A stretch of 48,177 nt of DNA from Planctomycetota bacterium. Lineage in GTDB: Bacteria > Planctomycetota > UBA1135 > UBA2386. Location: the NCBI GenBank assembly GCA_040375075.1, contig JBEITC010000001.1:1-48177 (forward strand). The letters are read 5' to 3'. A model generated the notes under the pieces. It did no database searches, had not been told where the DNA came from, and saw only the letters and a list, made by a program, of their open reading frames with translations. A program made the translations under genes and the position numbers. Of this stretch, positions 26,617 through 36,006 are shown one piece after another (within the stretch, counting starts at the first letter, position 1; each line of letters begins with the position of its first letter).

Positions 26617-27420
26617 ATGGACGCCCTGCTGACCTGCCTGCACCTCGCCGCCTACCTCGCAACCGCCTTGGGATTGGCCGAACCGCGCTGGCGCCGGGCC
26701 GCCATCGCCGCCCTGCTGGTCGCCGCCACAGCCGGCCTCGCAACCGGCCTGGGGGGAGACGAGCGCACCCTGACCACCGTGCACACGTACGCCGGCTTCG
26801 AGGGCATGCAGCAGGAGGTGTCGATGGTCAGCTTCCCCACCGGCACGGTGACCGCCCCCGGCTGGCAGTGGGCCGCCTGCTTCGCCGCCTTCGCGCTGGC
26901 ATGGGCGACGGCGCTCTGGACCCTGCGCGAGCGGCCGTTGCGCAGCCCGCTGGTGGCGCCGCTGCTGTTCGCCTGGAGCGCCACCGCGACCTGGCTCGCC
27001 ATGCAGGCCTGCGCCGCGCCCGCCGCGGTCGTGCAGCCCGTGGGTCTCGACCGCTTCCTATGGCCTGCCGGCCTTGCCTGCTCGCTGCTGGTCTGCCGCC
27101 GCGCCAAGACCTTTGGCGCGCTCTTCCTGCAGATGGGCCTCGCCGTGTCGCTCGCGCGCCTGCCGGCGGCGTTGTTCAGCAAGTACGCGAGCGACGGCCT
27201 GCTCGGCACGACGCTCGACGTCAGCAGCGTCCGCGACATCGTCAACCCGATGACGCAGATGCAGTTCGATCCGCGTCTGCAGCCCGGCTCGCCCGAGCAG
27301 CAGTTCTGGCTGATCTGGCTCGAGCACGTGCTGTTCTTTCCGGCGGTCCACATGATGAGCCTGTTCGGCATCGCCTTCGGCTTGTGGCTGTACTACCGCC
27401 ACGAAAACGATCCGGTCTGA
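26617..27420 (+). CDS. polytopic membrane protein of unknown function (267 aa); first gene of the sulfur-relay/MetE-like operon
   Basis: ORF 26527..27420 trimmed to MDALLTCLHLAAYLATALGL. The 26527 start is possible but would run into the rpmI upstream region. Six or seven hydrophobic segments. Its stop lies 7 nt before the next gene. Confidence 0.6.
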   Translation: MDALLTCLHLAAYLATALGLAEPRWRRAAIAALLVAATAGLATGLGGDERTLTTVHTYAGFEGMQQEVSMVSFPTGTVTAPGWQWAACFAAFALAWATALWTLRERPLRSPLVAPLLFAWSATATWLAMQACAAPAAVVQPVGLDRFLWPAGLACSLLVCRRAKTFGALFLQMGLAVSLARLPAALFSKYASDGLLGTTLDVSSVRDIVNPMTQMQFDPRLQPGSPEQQFWLIWLEHVLFFPAVHMMSLFGIAFGLWLYYRHENDPV

Positions 27421-27427
27421 GGCGCGC

Positions 27428-28060
27428 ATGACCGGCTTCGACGACTTCGCCGACGACGATCTCGGCCCGGCGGAACTGACGGCGCGCACCGAGGCACTGC
27501 GCGCGACGGTCGCTGCGATCGCCGCCGCGCCGTGCCGTCGCTGCGGCGGCCCGCTGTGCGGCCACGGCGCGCTGCTGGCGGTGCTGTTCGGCTGCAAGGA
27601 CGCCCCACGCTGCCCCGACTGCCTCGCCGCCGAGCACCGCGAACCCAAGGCGGAACTGGTCGCGCGTGCGAGCGAGTGGATTCGCCGCAAGGACTGCTTC
27701 CGGCACGTCTGGCATGCAGCCAGCGCGAGCGAGCACGGCGGCGAGATCGCCGTGCCACCGTGCCTTGGCGCCCCGCCCGCCGCGACGGCTGGCGCAGCGG
27801 CGACCATGACGGCGGCGGTCCCCGCGACGCCGACGGCGCCAGCGCCGGTCGCGACCTACGACGCTGGCGACCTCGGCTGCGGCGATCTCGTGCTGGAGCT
27901 GCGCAACACGCTGCGCGAACTCCGCCCTGGCGAGGTGCTGCGGGTGTTCGCGCGCGATCCCGCCGCGCCCGTCGACCTGCCGGCATGGTGCGGACTGACC
28001 GGGCACACGCTGGTGCATGCCGCGCATCCCGAGTACCACGTGCAGCGCAAGCAAGGCTGA
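27428..28060 (+). CDS. Cys-rich N-terminal domain fused to a TusA-like sulfur-carrier domain (210 aa)
   Basis: The C-terminal 75 aa, YDAGDLGCGDLVLELRNTLRELRPGEVLRVFARDPAAPVDLPAWCGLTGHTLV, are collinear with TusA/SirA (Cys loop, then D(I/L)PxxC). The N-terminus carries CRRCGGPLCGH...CKDAPRCPDC. Confidence 0.7.
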   Translation: MTGFDDFADDDLGPAELTARTEALRATVAAIAAAPCRRCGGPLCGHGALLAVLFGCKDAPRCPDCLAAEHREPKAELVARASEWIRRKDCFRHVWHAASASEHGGEIAVPPCLGAPPAATAGAAATMTAAVPATPTAPAPVATYDAGDLGCGDLVLELRNTLRELRPGEVLRVFARDPAAPVDLPAWCGLTGHTLVHAAHPEYHVQRKQG

Positions 28061-28066
28061 AACCCC

Positions 28067-28426
28067 ATGAAGAAGTTCTGCGTCACCCTCACTTCCGCCA
28101 AGAACGATCCCGACAAGGCCACCGTCGCCTTCGTCGTCGCCAACGCCGCCGCCGCCAGCGAGCAGGAGACGGTGATGTTCCTCAGCGTCGAGGCCGTGCG
28201 CCTCTGCCAGCAGGGCTACGCCGACGACATCGCCGAGGAAGGCTTCGCGCCGCTCAAGGACCTGATCGCCAACTTCGTCAAGGCGGGCGGCAAGGTCTGG
28301 GTCTGCTCGCCGTGCTTCAAGCGCCGCAAGCTCGACGAGTCGAAGCTCATTCCCGGCGCGACCATCGTCGGCGGCGCCAAGCTGGTCGAGTTCCTGTCGC
28401 AGGGCGCGCCCTGCGTCAGCTACTGA
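28067..28426 (+). CDS. DsrE/DsrF-like sulfur-relay family protein (119 aa)
   Basis: Size, the MKKFCVTLTS...ATVAFVVANAAAA start and GGKVWVCSPCFKRRKL...GATIVGGAKLVEF match the DsrE/TusD-type fold pattern. Confidence 0.75.
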   Translation: MKKFCVTLTSAKNDPDKATVAFVVANAAAASEQETVMFLSVEAVRLCQQGYADDIAEEGFAPLKDLIANFVKAGGKVWVCSPCFKRRKLDESKLIPGATIVGGAKLVEFLSQGAPCVSY

Positions 28427-28453
28427 GCCCCGCCTGACGACCGCAGCGCGGCG

Positions 28454-29182
28454 ATGACCGATCCGGACCTGTTCGACCGCGCCGACGCGACCTGCGACGG
28501 CGGCGACCTCGACTGCGGCAGCGGCCTGCTGCTGATCATCCGCAGCGCCTTCCAGCCGGTGCCGGCCGGCGGCTCGCTGCTGGTCAAGAGCCGCGAGACG
28601 TCGGTGCGCGAGGACCTGCCAGCGTGGTGCCGCCTCGTCGGCCACACGATCGAGGCCGAACGCGACGCCGAGAACGGCTACCGGCACTTCCTGCTGCGCA
28701 AGAAGGTCGACGACCAGGCCCTCGCCGGCGACCTGCAGAAGGCCCGCGCACACGTCTGGCAGACGCGCTCGCGCTGGACCGGCGGCATGCAGGCCAAGGC
28801 GACGATGCGCAACCACAGCGTCGCCATCGGCCAGCCGGCCAGCTTCGACACCGAGGACCAAGCGCCCTCGGCGATCGAACTGCTGCTCGCCGCCGTCGCC
28901 GGTGCCCTCACCACCGGCTTCCAGTGGCGGTTGTCGCAGAAGGGCGTCGAGGTGCACGACCTCGAGGTCGTCGCCAAGGCCCGCTCCGCCGACCCGCTGG
29001 TCTTCCTCGGCGTCGCCAACGACGGCAACCCGGGCCTCGCCGACGTCGACGTGACCGCGTACGTCAGCGCCAGCGGCGACGCCGACCTCGACGCCGAGTG
29101 GCGCGAGACGGTCCGCCGGTGTCCCGTCACCCAATCCCTGCTCCGCTCCGCCCCGGTGCGCACGACGCTGCGCGCCCTCTAG
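28454..29182 (+). CDS. TusA-like domain fused to an OsmC-family domain (242 aa)
   Basis: The N-terminus CDGGDLDCGSGLLLIIRSAFQPVPAGGSLLVKSRETSVREDLPAWCRLVGHTI is paralogous to the TusA-like domain of the 27428 gene. The C-terminal half (PSAIELLLAAVAGALTTGF...RRCPVTQSL) matches the OsmC/Ohr pattern. Confidence 0.8.
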   Translation: MTDPDLFDRADATCDGGDLDCGSGLLLIIRSAFQPVPAGGSLLVKSRETSVREDLPAWCRLVGHTIEAERDAENGYRHFLLRKKVDDQALAGDLQKARAHVWQTRSRWTGGMQAKATMRNHSVAIGQPASFDTEDQAPSAIELLLAAVAGALTTGFQWRLSQKGVEVHDLEVVAKARSADPLVFLGVANDGNPGLADVDVTAYVSASGDADLDAEWRETVRRCPVTQSLLRSAPVRTTLRAL

Positions 29183-29186
29183 ACTG

Positions 29187-30332
29187 ATGCGCCACCGCCC
29201 GATCCCCCGATTCCCCGTCAGCGTCGTCGGCAGTTGGCCTCGGCCCCGCTGGCTGCTCGAGGCGATGCGCAAGAAGGCCGCCGACCTGCCGGAGCTGCGC
29301 GACCAGGCGACGCTGCTGGCGATCAAGCAGCAGGAAGACGCAGGCGTCGACGTGCTGACCGACGGCGAGCAGCGCCGCGACAACTTCTACTCCTTCCTGA
29401 CCGAGAAGCTCGACGGCGTCGCACTGATGTCGATGGCCGATCTGCTCGACTACGTCGAGGACAAGGCGGCCTTCGAGGGCTTGCTGCAGGCGCTCGACGT
29501 GCCGGCCTTCGCGATCAAGAACCCCACCATCACCGGCCGCCTCGTCCGCCGCGAGCCGCTGGCGGTGCGCGAGGCGGAGTTCCTGCGCCGCCACACCACG
29601 CGCGCCACCAAGGTCGCGCTGCCGGGCCCGTACCTGCTGTCGCGTTCGATGTGGGTGCAGAAGCTGTCGTCGCAGGCCTACCCGACGCGCGAACTCCTTT
29701 GCGACGACATCGTCGCCATCCTGCGCGCCGAGTTGCAGGAGCTGGCGGACCTGGGCGTCGAGATCGTGCAGTTCGACGAGCCGGTGCTGACCGAGCTGGT
29801 GTTCGCCGGCAAGGCGGCGACGCGCACGTTCATGTGCGCCGCGCTCGCCGCCGCCGCGGACCCGGCGGCGGAGCTGGAGCTCGCCGTCACCCTGATGAAC
29901 CGCGTGACCGAGGGCATCCGCGGCGTGCGCACGGCGATGCACGTCTGCCGCGGCAACTGGAGCCGCAACGAGGACGTGCTGCTGGCCGGCGACTACGCGC
30001 CGCTGCTGCCGCACCTCGCGCGCATGCAGGTCGACCAGTTCGTGCTCGAGTACGCGACGCCGCGCGCCGGCCCCGAGGCGCTGTTGGCCCAGCTGCCGGC
30101 CCGCGCCAGCGTCGGCTTCGGCGCCGTCAACCCGCGCACCGAGCCCGACGAGGATCCGGCGGCGATCGCCGCGCGCGTCGGCAAGCTGGCCGAACTGCTC
30201 GGCCCGGACCGCATCTGGCTGAATCCGGACTGCGGCTTCGGCACCTTCGCCGAGCGGCCCGTGGCCACCGGCGCCGTGGCCGAGCGCAAGTGCGCGATCC
30301 TGGCCGAGGCGGCGCGCCTGCTGCGCGCCTGA
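29187..30332 (+). CDS. short cobalamin-independent methionine-synthase-like protein (MetE C-terminal/Meth_synt_2 type, 381 aa)
   Basis: VVGSWPRPRWL N-terminal motif and TDGEQRRDNF. The zinc ligand pattern is conserved: H-x-C in AMHVCRGNW (nt 29940-29948) and C in NPDCGFG (nt 30231-30233). Confidence 0.85.
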   Translation: MRHRPIPRFPVSVVGSWPRPRWLLEAMRKKAADLPELRDQATLLAIKQQEDAGVDVLTDGEQRRDNFYSFLTEKLDGVALMSMADLLDYVEDKAAFEGLLQALDVPAFAIKNPTITGRLVRREPLAVREAEFLRRHTTRATKVALPGPYLLSRSMWVQKLSSQAYPTRELLCDDIVAILRAELQELADLGVEIVQFDEPVLTELVFAGKAATRTFMCAALAAAADPAAELELAVTLMNRVTEGIRGVRTAMHVCRGNWSRNEDVLLAGDYAPLLPHLARMQVDQFVLEYATPRAGPEALLAQLPARASVGFGAVNPRTEPDEDPAAIAARVGKLAELLGPDRIWLNPDCGFGTFAERPVATGAVAERKCAILAEAARLLRA

Positions 30333-30333
30333 T

Positions 30334-30372
30334 CGCGCCGGCGCGGGACCGGCCAGCGCCAGCGCCGGCGCG
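30334..30372. terminator. 11-bp GC hairpin between convergent genes (possible bidirectional terminator)
   Basis: cgcgccggcgc (30334-30344) and gcgccggcgcg (30362-30372) are exact reverse complements separated by a 17-nt loop. There is no U tract, and the arms are themselves near-palindromic, so support is weak. Confidence 0.3.
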
Positions 30373-30374
30373 GC

Positions 30375-32192
30375 TCAGCCGGCCTTCTTGAGCGCCGTCG
30401 CCGGCTTGGCGGCGGCCTTCTTCGCCGCCGCGCCCTGCTCCAGCTCGTCGGCGAGCTTGCCGGCGCCGTACACCTTGCGCAGCGACTCGACGATGATCGC
30501 CGGGTGCACGCTGACCGAGCGGGCGACCTCGTCGTCGAAGACGAAGTTGTTGCCCAGCGACTCGATGTTGCCGTCGAAGATCAGGCCGACGACGTTGAGG
30601 TCGCGGTCGATGACCGGCGAGCCCGAGTTGCCGCCGATGATGTCGCAGGTCGACACGAAGTTGAACGGCGTGCGCAGGTCCATCGCCTTCTCCGCCGCGA
30701 GCCACGGCTGCGGCAGGTCGAACGGATAGCGGCCGCCGAACTCGTGGTGCCGCGCGAACAGGCCGTACAGCGACGTCTGGTGCGGCGCGACCGTGCCGTT
30801 CATCTCGTAGCCCTTCACGACGCCGTCGCTGATGCGCAGCGACATCGTCGCGTCCGCCGGGATCGAGTTGCCGTAGACGGCGAAGCAGGCCTCGCCGATG
30901 CGCTTGGCCTGGGCGGCCTCGGCCCTCGCGAGCTCCTGCAGCTTCTTCACGTCCGGCTTCTCCTGCTGCATCGCCGCGACCTTCTCCGCCTGCAGCGCGG
31001 CGACCTTGTCCCAGGCGTCGCCGTACTTGGCGAGCAGATCGGCGTTCTTCGCGACGAGGCCGCGCAGCTGCGCCTCGGCCTTCTGCTTGATCGCCATGAT
31101 GCGCGGGTCGAGCAGGCCGTCGCGGTAACCCTCGACCGCCTTGCGGGTGTTCTCGAGCGAGAGGATCTGCGCCCGCAGTTCCTTCTCCTTCGCGGGGCTC
31201 GCCTTGGCCTGCGCGTAGAGGTCCTGCAGCTGCGCCTTCGTCTGCGCGAGGCGCGTCGGGAAGCTCACGTCGCGCAGGAACTCGCACTGCGCCACCGTCT
31301 GCAGGCGGCCGGTGCGGCCCGGATTGCCCGTCACGAACACGAGGTCGCCCTCGGGCGCGCCGCTGGTCTTCCAGGCGAAGTGGTTGGCGCCGCTGTCGAC
31401 CGGCTTGTCGCCCTGCCAGGCGCGCACGAACGTGAAGTCGAGGCCCCAGCGCGGGAAGCAGAAGTTGTCCGGGTCGCCGCCGAAGTGCGCGACCTGGCCG
31501 TGCGGCGCGCAGACGAGGCGCAGGTCGTCGTAGACCTGGAAGCTGTAGAGCTGGTAGTTGCCGCCCTGGTAGAGCGCGATGACCTCGTGCTCATGCGCCG
31601 GATCCTGCTCGGCGGCGGCCTTCTTGACCGCGTCGAGGCCCTGCGCGTTGACCGCGGCGGTGACGTCCTGCTGGCGCACCAGCTGGGTCATGCGGAAGCC
31701 GGGCAGCTTGACCTCGTTCTCGAAGGCGCCGGCGTAGTAGCCGTCCTTGAGCCAGTCGGCCGCGCCCTGCACCGAGGCGATGGCGTCGCGGGCGCAGTGG
31801 TGGTTCGTCATCACCAGGCCGTACGGGCTGACGAACGAGGCCGAGCAGAAGTTGCGGATCGAGCCGTCTTCCATCTTGCGACCAAAGCGCAGCGAGCTGA
31901 GGCGCGCCTGCGCCAGCCACTCCTCGGTCGGCTGCCAGTCGTACGCCTGCTGGAACCAGCCGACCGGCGCGGCCTCGAAGGTCCACATGCGGCCGAGGTC
32001 CTTGTTCGGCTGCTCGACCATGGGCAGCGACGGCATCGACGCCGGCGGCGGCGGCTCGGCCGGCGCGGGCGAAGCGCCTTCGGCGCGGTCCGGCGCGCCG
32101 CTGCAGGCGGCGAGCGCGACGAGGAGCCAGGGGGCGATGGCCGCACGGCGCGCGGCCACGGGGAGAGCGGTACGGAGGCGTTCGGGCTTCAT
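30375..32192 (-). CDS. S46 family serine peptidase (dipeptidyl-peptidase 7/11-like), lipoprotein signal
   Basis: Frame 30375..32684 trimmed to MKPERLRTALPVAARRAAIAPWLLVALAACSG. GRMWTFEAAP, CSASFVSPYGLVMTNHHCARD (catalytic His) and IIGGNSGSPVID (catalytic Ser) are characteristic of S46. Confidence 0.85.
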   Translation of the reverse strand: MKPERLRTALPVAARRAAIAPWLLVALAACSGAPDRAEGASPAPAEPPPPASMPSLPMVEQPNKDLGRMWTFEAAPVGWFQQAYDWQPTEEWLAQARLSSLRFGRKMEDGSIRNFCSASFVSPYGLVMTNHHCARDAIASVQGAADWLKDGYYAGAFENEVKLPGFRMTQLVRQQDVTAAVNAQGLDAVKKAAAEQDPAHEHEVIALYQGGNYQLYSFQVYDDLRLVCAPHGQVAHFGGDPDNFCFPRWGLDFTFVRAWQGDKPVDSGANHFAWKTSGAPEGDLVFVTGNPGRTGRLQTVAQCEFLRDVSFPTRLAQTKAQLQDLYAQAKASPAKEKELRAQILSLENTRKAVEGYRDGLLDPRIMAIKQKAEAQLRGLVAKNADLLAKYGDAWDKVAALQAEKVAAMQQEKPDVKKLQELARAEAAQAKRIGEACFAVYGNSIPADATMSLRISDGVVKGYEMNGTVAPHQTSLYGLFARHHEFGGRYPFDLPQPWLAAEKAMDLRTPFNFVSTCDIIGGNSGSPVIDRDLNVVGLIFDGNIESLGNNFVFDDEVARSVSVHPAIIVESLRKVYGAGKLADELEQGAAAKKAAAKPATALKKAG

Positions 32193-32331
32193 GGTTCTCG
32201 GTCGGCGGATCCTACGCCGAAGGACGCAGTGCTTCCCCCTCCATGCCGGAGATCCCGCACGCACGGATCCCCGGCCGCTTCCGCACCTCGGCCCAGGGAC
32301 GAATCGAGCGCGCTCGCTAGGTTGCGCGTCC

Positions 32332-32880
32332 ATGACTGCCACCAGCCCGGCCGCCATTGCCACCGAGGATCCGATCGGCATCCTGCTGACCGAGCACCGC
32401 ACCATCCTGCAGGTGCTCTCCGAGGCCGATCGCGAACGAGCCCGCCTCGAGCAGACCGGCATCCTGCGCACGACGCTGTGGCATGAGGTGCTGTGCTTCC
32501 TGCGCGACTTCGACCACGGCATCCACCACCAGAAGGAGGATCGGTTGCTGTTCAGCGAACTCGAAGGCTGCGGCCTCAGCGTCCACAACGGGCCGACCTC
32601 CGTGCTGCGCGACGAGCACCGGCGCATGGAGCACTGGCAAGGCCGCCTGGAGCACGCCGTGGCCCATCGGGACGCGCCGCGCATCGCCGCCGCCGCGGCG
32701 AGCTACTGCGACCTCGCGCGCACGCACATCCTGAAGGAGAACCAGATCGTGTTCCCGCTGGCGCGCCGCCTGCTGGCCCCCACCCAGATCTCGCTGCTGC
32801 AGACCGAGTTCGCGCCGATCGACGCCGACCTGCGCGTCGACCGCTGGCTGCCGAGCCTGGCCCAATCGTTCGACGTCTGA
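32332..32880 (+). CDS. hemerythrin-like (HHE cation-binding) domain protein (182 aa)
   Basis: Last 182 codons of ORF 31747..32880, starting MTATSPAAIATEDPIGILLTEHR. Contains HHQKEDRLLFSELE and HILKENQIVFPLA motifs. Confidence 0.8.
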   Translation: MTATSPAAIATEDPIGILLTEHRTILQVLSEADRERARLEQTGILRTTLWHEVLCFLRDFDHGIHHQKEDRLLFSELEGCGLSVHNGPTSVLRDEHRRMEHWQGRLEHAVAHRDAPRIAAAAASYCDLARTHILKENQIVFPLARRLLAPTQISLLQTEFAPIDADLRVDRWLPSLAQSFDV

Positions 32881-32896
32881 CGCGCTCGCCTGCTGC

Positions 32897-35800
32897 TCAG
32901 CGGGCGGCCTGCCGCCGCAACCCGAGCCACTGAACGACCGGCGTCAACAGCAGGCTGAGCCAGAGGCACAGCGACTGCCCGCCGATCACGACGACCGCGA
33001 TCGCCTTGCGCTCCTCGGCGCCCGGCCCTGCGCCGACCGCCAACGGCAGCATGCCGGCGACGAACGCCAGCGTGGTCATCAGGATGGGGCGGAGGCGGTT
33101 GCGGCTGCCCAGCACGACGGCTTCGTGCGCCGGCACGCCGGCGCGCAGCAACTGGTTGGTGTGGTCGACCTGCAGGATGGCGTTCTTCTTGACCATCCCG
33201 AACAGCACCAGGATGCCGAGCGCCGAGTAGAGGTTGAGCGTCTCGCCGGTGGCCCACAGCGACAGCAGCGCGAACGGCGCCGCGACGGGGATCGCCAGCA
33301 GGATGATCAGCGGCTGCGTGAAGCTCTCGAACTGAGCCGCCAGGATCATGTACATGAACACCAGCGCGAGCAGGAAGGCGCCGAGGAACTCGCCGCCGGC
33401 CTGCTCGAGCTCGCGCGCGCTGCCTGCGACGGCCGTCGAGTACTCGCTCGGCAGCTGCAGCTCCCCCGCCAACCGACGCGGGTCGGCGACGGCATCCGCG
33501 AGCGCAGCGCCCGGCGCTGGGCTGCCGCGCAGGCTCGCCTGCCGCTGGCGGTCCATGCGGTCGATGCGCGACGACGTGGTCGCCGGCTCGATGCGGACGA
33601 GGTTGTCGACCCGCACCGTGCCGCCGTCGATGCGTCCGACCAGCAGTTCGCCGATGCGGTCGACGCGCTGGCGGTCGGCCTCGCGCAGGCGCAGGCGGAC
33701 GTCGTACTCCTCGTCGAGCTTGGGGTCGCGGAAGCGCGAGACCTCGGTGACGCCGCCGACCATCAACCGGAGCGCCGTCGCGATGTCCTGCGTCGACACG
33801 CCGAGTTCGGCAGCGCGTGGGCGGTCGATCTGGACGCGCAGCTCCGGCCGCCGCAGCCGCAACGTCGTGTCGAGGTCGATCATCGAGCCGACCTTGCTGG
33901 CGGAGAGCCGCAGCTCCTCCACCGAGCTCGCCAACGTCACGAGGTCCGGCCCGCGGATGGCGAAGTCGAGCGGGAACGGGCCGCCGCCGAGGTTGAAGCT
34001 GCGCTGGTTGCGCACCGACACCCGCACGTCGGTCAGCTTGCGCAGCCGCTGGCGGATCTCCGCCATGACCTCGCGCTGCGTGTAGTTGCCGCGGAACGCC
34101 GCCGCCGGGTCGCCGGCGAGCGTCGCCCGCCAGAGGCGATCGAGCGAGACGCGGCGGTGCTCGTGCGGCGCGATGCGCACGTAGACGCTGCCGTTCGACA
34201 GGCCGCTCAGGAAGCCGCCGCCGACCTGGGTGAGCGCGACCGCCACCGCCGGCACCTGCGCCAGCTCGGCCTCGACCGCGCGCATCACGCCGTCCATCGC
34301 CGCGAGGCTGGCGTCGTCGGGGCCGTTGACGTTGATCTCGAACTCGCCTTCGTCGACGTCGCTCGGGATGAAGTCCTGGCGCACCTTGCCGGCGAGCGCC
34401 ACGGTGCTGCCGACGACGAGCGCGGAGCCGAGCACGACGAGCCACGGCCGGCGCAGGCAGCCACGCAGGGCGGCCGCGTAGGCGCGCTCCGACCAACCGC
34501 CGCCGTGGGCCTTGCGCGCGCCGGACGCGGGTCGCACCAGCCGCGCGCACATCGCCGGCGTCAAGGTGAACGAGACGACGAGCGAGAGCAGGACGGCGAC
34601 CGCCGCGGTGATGCCGAACTGGAAGAGGAAGCGGCCGGTGATGCTGGAGAGGAACGAGACCGGCACGAAGATCACGACGAGGCTGAGCGTCGTCGCCAGC
34701 ACCGCCAGCGCGATCTCGCCGACCGCCTCGCGGGCCGCCTGGAACGGCGGCAGGCCCTTCTCGTCGGCCCAGCGCTGCACGTTCTCGAGCACGACGATGG
34801 CGTCGTCGATGACGACGCCGACCATCAGCACCAGCGCCAGCATGGTCACGCCGTTGAGCGTGAAGCCGAGCGTCCACATCACGCCGAAGGTCGCGACCAC
34901 CGACACCGGGATCGCGACGCCGGCGATCAGCGTGGCCCGCCAGCTGCGCAGGAACCACATCACGACGAGGGCCGCCAGCAGCGAGCCGACGACCAGGTGG
35001 AACTCGATCTCGTGCAGCGCGGCCCGGATGTAGCGCGACTGGTCGCGCACGATCTCGAGCCGCAGGTCCGGCGGCAGCTGCGCGCGCAGCGCTTCGATCG
35101 CGCCGAGCACGCCATCGATGGCGGCGACGGTGTTGGCGCCGGACTGACGACGAACCTCCAGCACGACCGTCGGCACGCCGTTCAAGCGCGCCAACGAGCG
35201 CGCCTCGGCGGTGCCGTCCTCGATCTGCGCGACGTCGCCCAGCTCGACCGGGACGCCGTTGCGGCGCGCGATCGTCAGCGTGCGGAACGCCGCCGGATCG
35301 AGCACCCGCCCGAGCGTGCGCAGGGTGCGTTCGCGCTGGTCGTCGGTGACGTTGCCGCCGGGCACGTCGCTGTTCTGGCGCCGGATCGCGTCGCTGACCG
35401 CGTCGACCGGCAGGTCGTACGCGGCGAGCCGGTCGGCGTCGATCCAGACGTTGATCGTGCGTTCGACGTCGCCGACGAGGCGCACCTCGCCGACGCCCCG
35501 GCCACGTTCGAGCACGCGCTTGATGCGCTTGTCGGCGATCTCCGACAGCTCGCGCATCGGCCGGTCGCCGGCGAGGGCCAGCGTCAGCACCGGCGAGCTG
35601 TCGCTGTCGAACTTGCTGACCACCGGCGGCTCGCAGTCCTCCGGCAGGCGGCGCATGGCCTGCGACACGCGGTCGCGCACGTCCTGCGCCGCGGCGTCGA
35701 TGTCGCGGCCGAGGTCGAACGTCACCAGCACCAGCGAGGTGCCCGCGCCCGAGATCGAACGCAGCTCCCGGATGCCCTCGACGGTGTTGACGAGCTCCTC

Positions 35801-36004
35801 GATCGGATACGTGACCGAGACCTCGACCTCCTCGGGCGCGCCGCCAGGCAGCTCGGTGCGCACGGTGACGGTCGGCAGGTCGTACGCCGGGTAGCGATCG
35901 ACGGCGAGGAAGTGGAAGCCGACCGCGCCGGCGACCACCATCGCCAGGATCAGCATGGTGGCGAACACCGGCCGGTGGATGCAGACGTCGGCGAGCTTGC
36001 GCAC
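32897..36004 (-). CDS. RND efflux transporter permease (AcrB/HAE-like, 1035 aa), GTG start
   Basis: No ATG precedes the conserved N-terminus in frame 32897..37162. GTG at 36004-36002 gives VRKLADVCIHRPVFATMLILAMVVAG, 2 nt after the TAG of the adaptor gene. Length and the alternation of 12 hydrophobic segments with two large loops fit the RND superfamily. Confidence 0.9.
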   Translation of the reverse strand: MRKLADVCIHRPVFATMLILAMVVAGAVGFHFLAVDRYPAYDLPTVTVRTELPGGAPEEVEVSVTYPIEELVNTVEGIRELRSISGAGTSLVLVTFDLGRDIDAAAQDVRDRVSQAMRRLPEDCEPPVVSKFDSDSSPVLTLALAGDRPMRELSEIADKRIKRVLERGRGVGEVRLVGDVERTINVWIDADRLAAYDLPVDAVSDAIRRQNSDVPGGNVTDDQRERTLRTLGRVLDPAAFRTLTIARRNGVPVELGDVAQIEDGTAEARSLARLNGVPTVVLEVRRQSGANTVAAIDGVLGAIEALRAQLPPDLRLEIVRDQSRYIRAALHEIEFHLVVGSLLAALVVMWFLRSWRATLIAGVAIPVSVVATFGVMWTLGFTLNGVTMLALVLMVGVVIDDAIVVLENVQRWADEKGLPPFQAAREAVGEIALAVLATTLSLVVIFVPVSFLSSITGRFLFQFGITAAVAVLLSLVVSFTLTPAMCARLVRPASGARKAHGGGWSERAYAAALRGCLRRPWLVVLGSALVVGSTVALAGKVRQDFIPSDVDEGEFEINVNGPDDASLAAMDGVMRAVEAELAQVPAVAVALTQVGGGFLSGLSNGSVYVRIAPHEHRRVSLDRLWRATLAGDPAAAFRGNYTQREVMAEIRQRLRKLTDVRVSVRNQRSFNLGGGPFPLDFAIRGPDLVTLASSVEELRLSASKVGSMIDLDTTLRLRRPELRVQIDRPRAAELGVSTQDIATALRLMVGGVTEVSRFRDPKLDEEYDVRLRLREADRQRVDRIGELLVGRIDGGTVRVDNLVRIEPATTSSRIDRMDRQRQASLRGSPAPGAALADAVADPRRLAGELQLPSEYSTAVAGSARELEQAGGEFLGAFLLALVFMYMILAAQFESFTQPLIILLAIPVAAPFALLSLWATGETLNLYSALGILVLFGMVKKNAILQVDHTNQLLRAGVPAHEAVVLGSRNRLRPILMTTLAFVAGMLPLAVGAGPGAEERKAIAVVVIGGQSLCLWLSLLLTPVVQWLGLRRQAAR

Positions 36005-36006
36005 GG

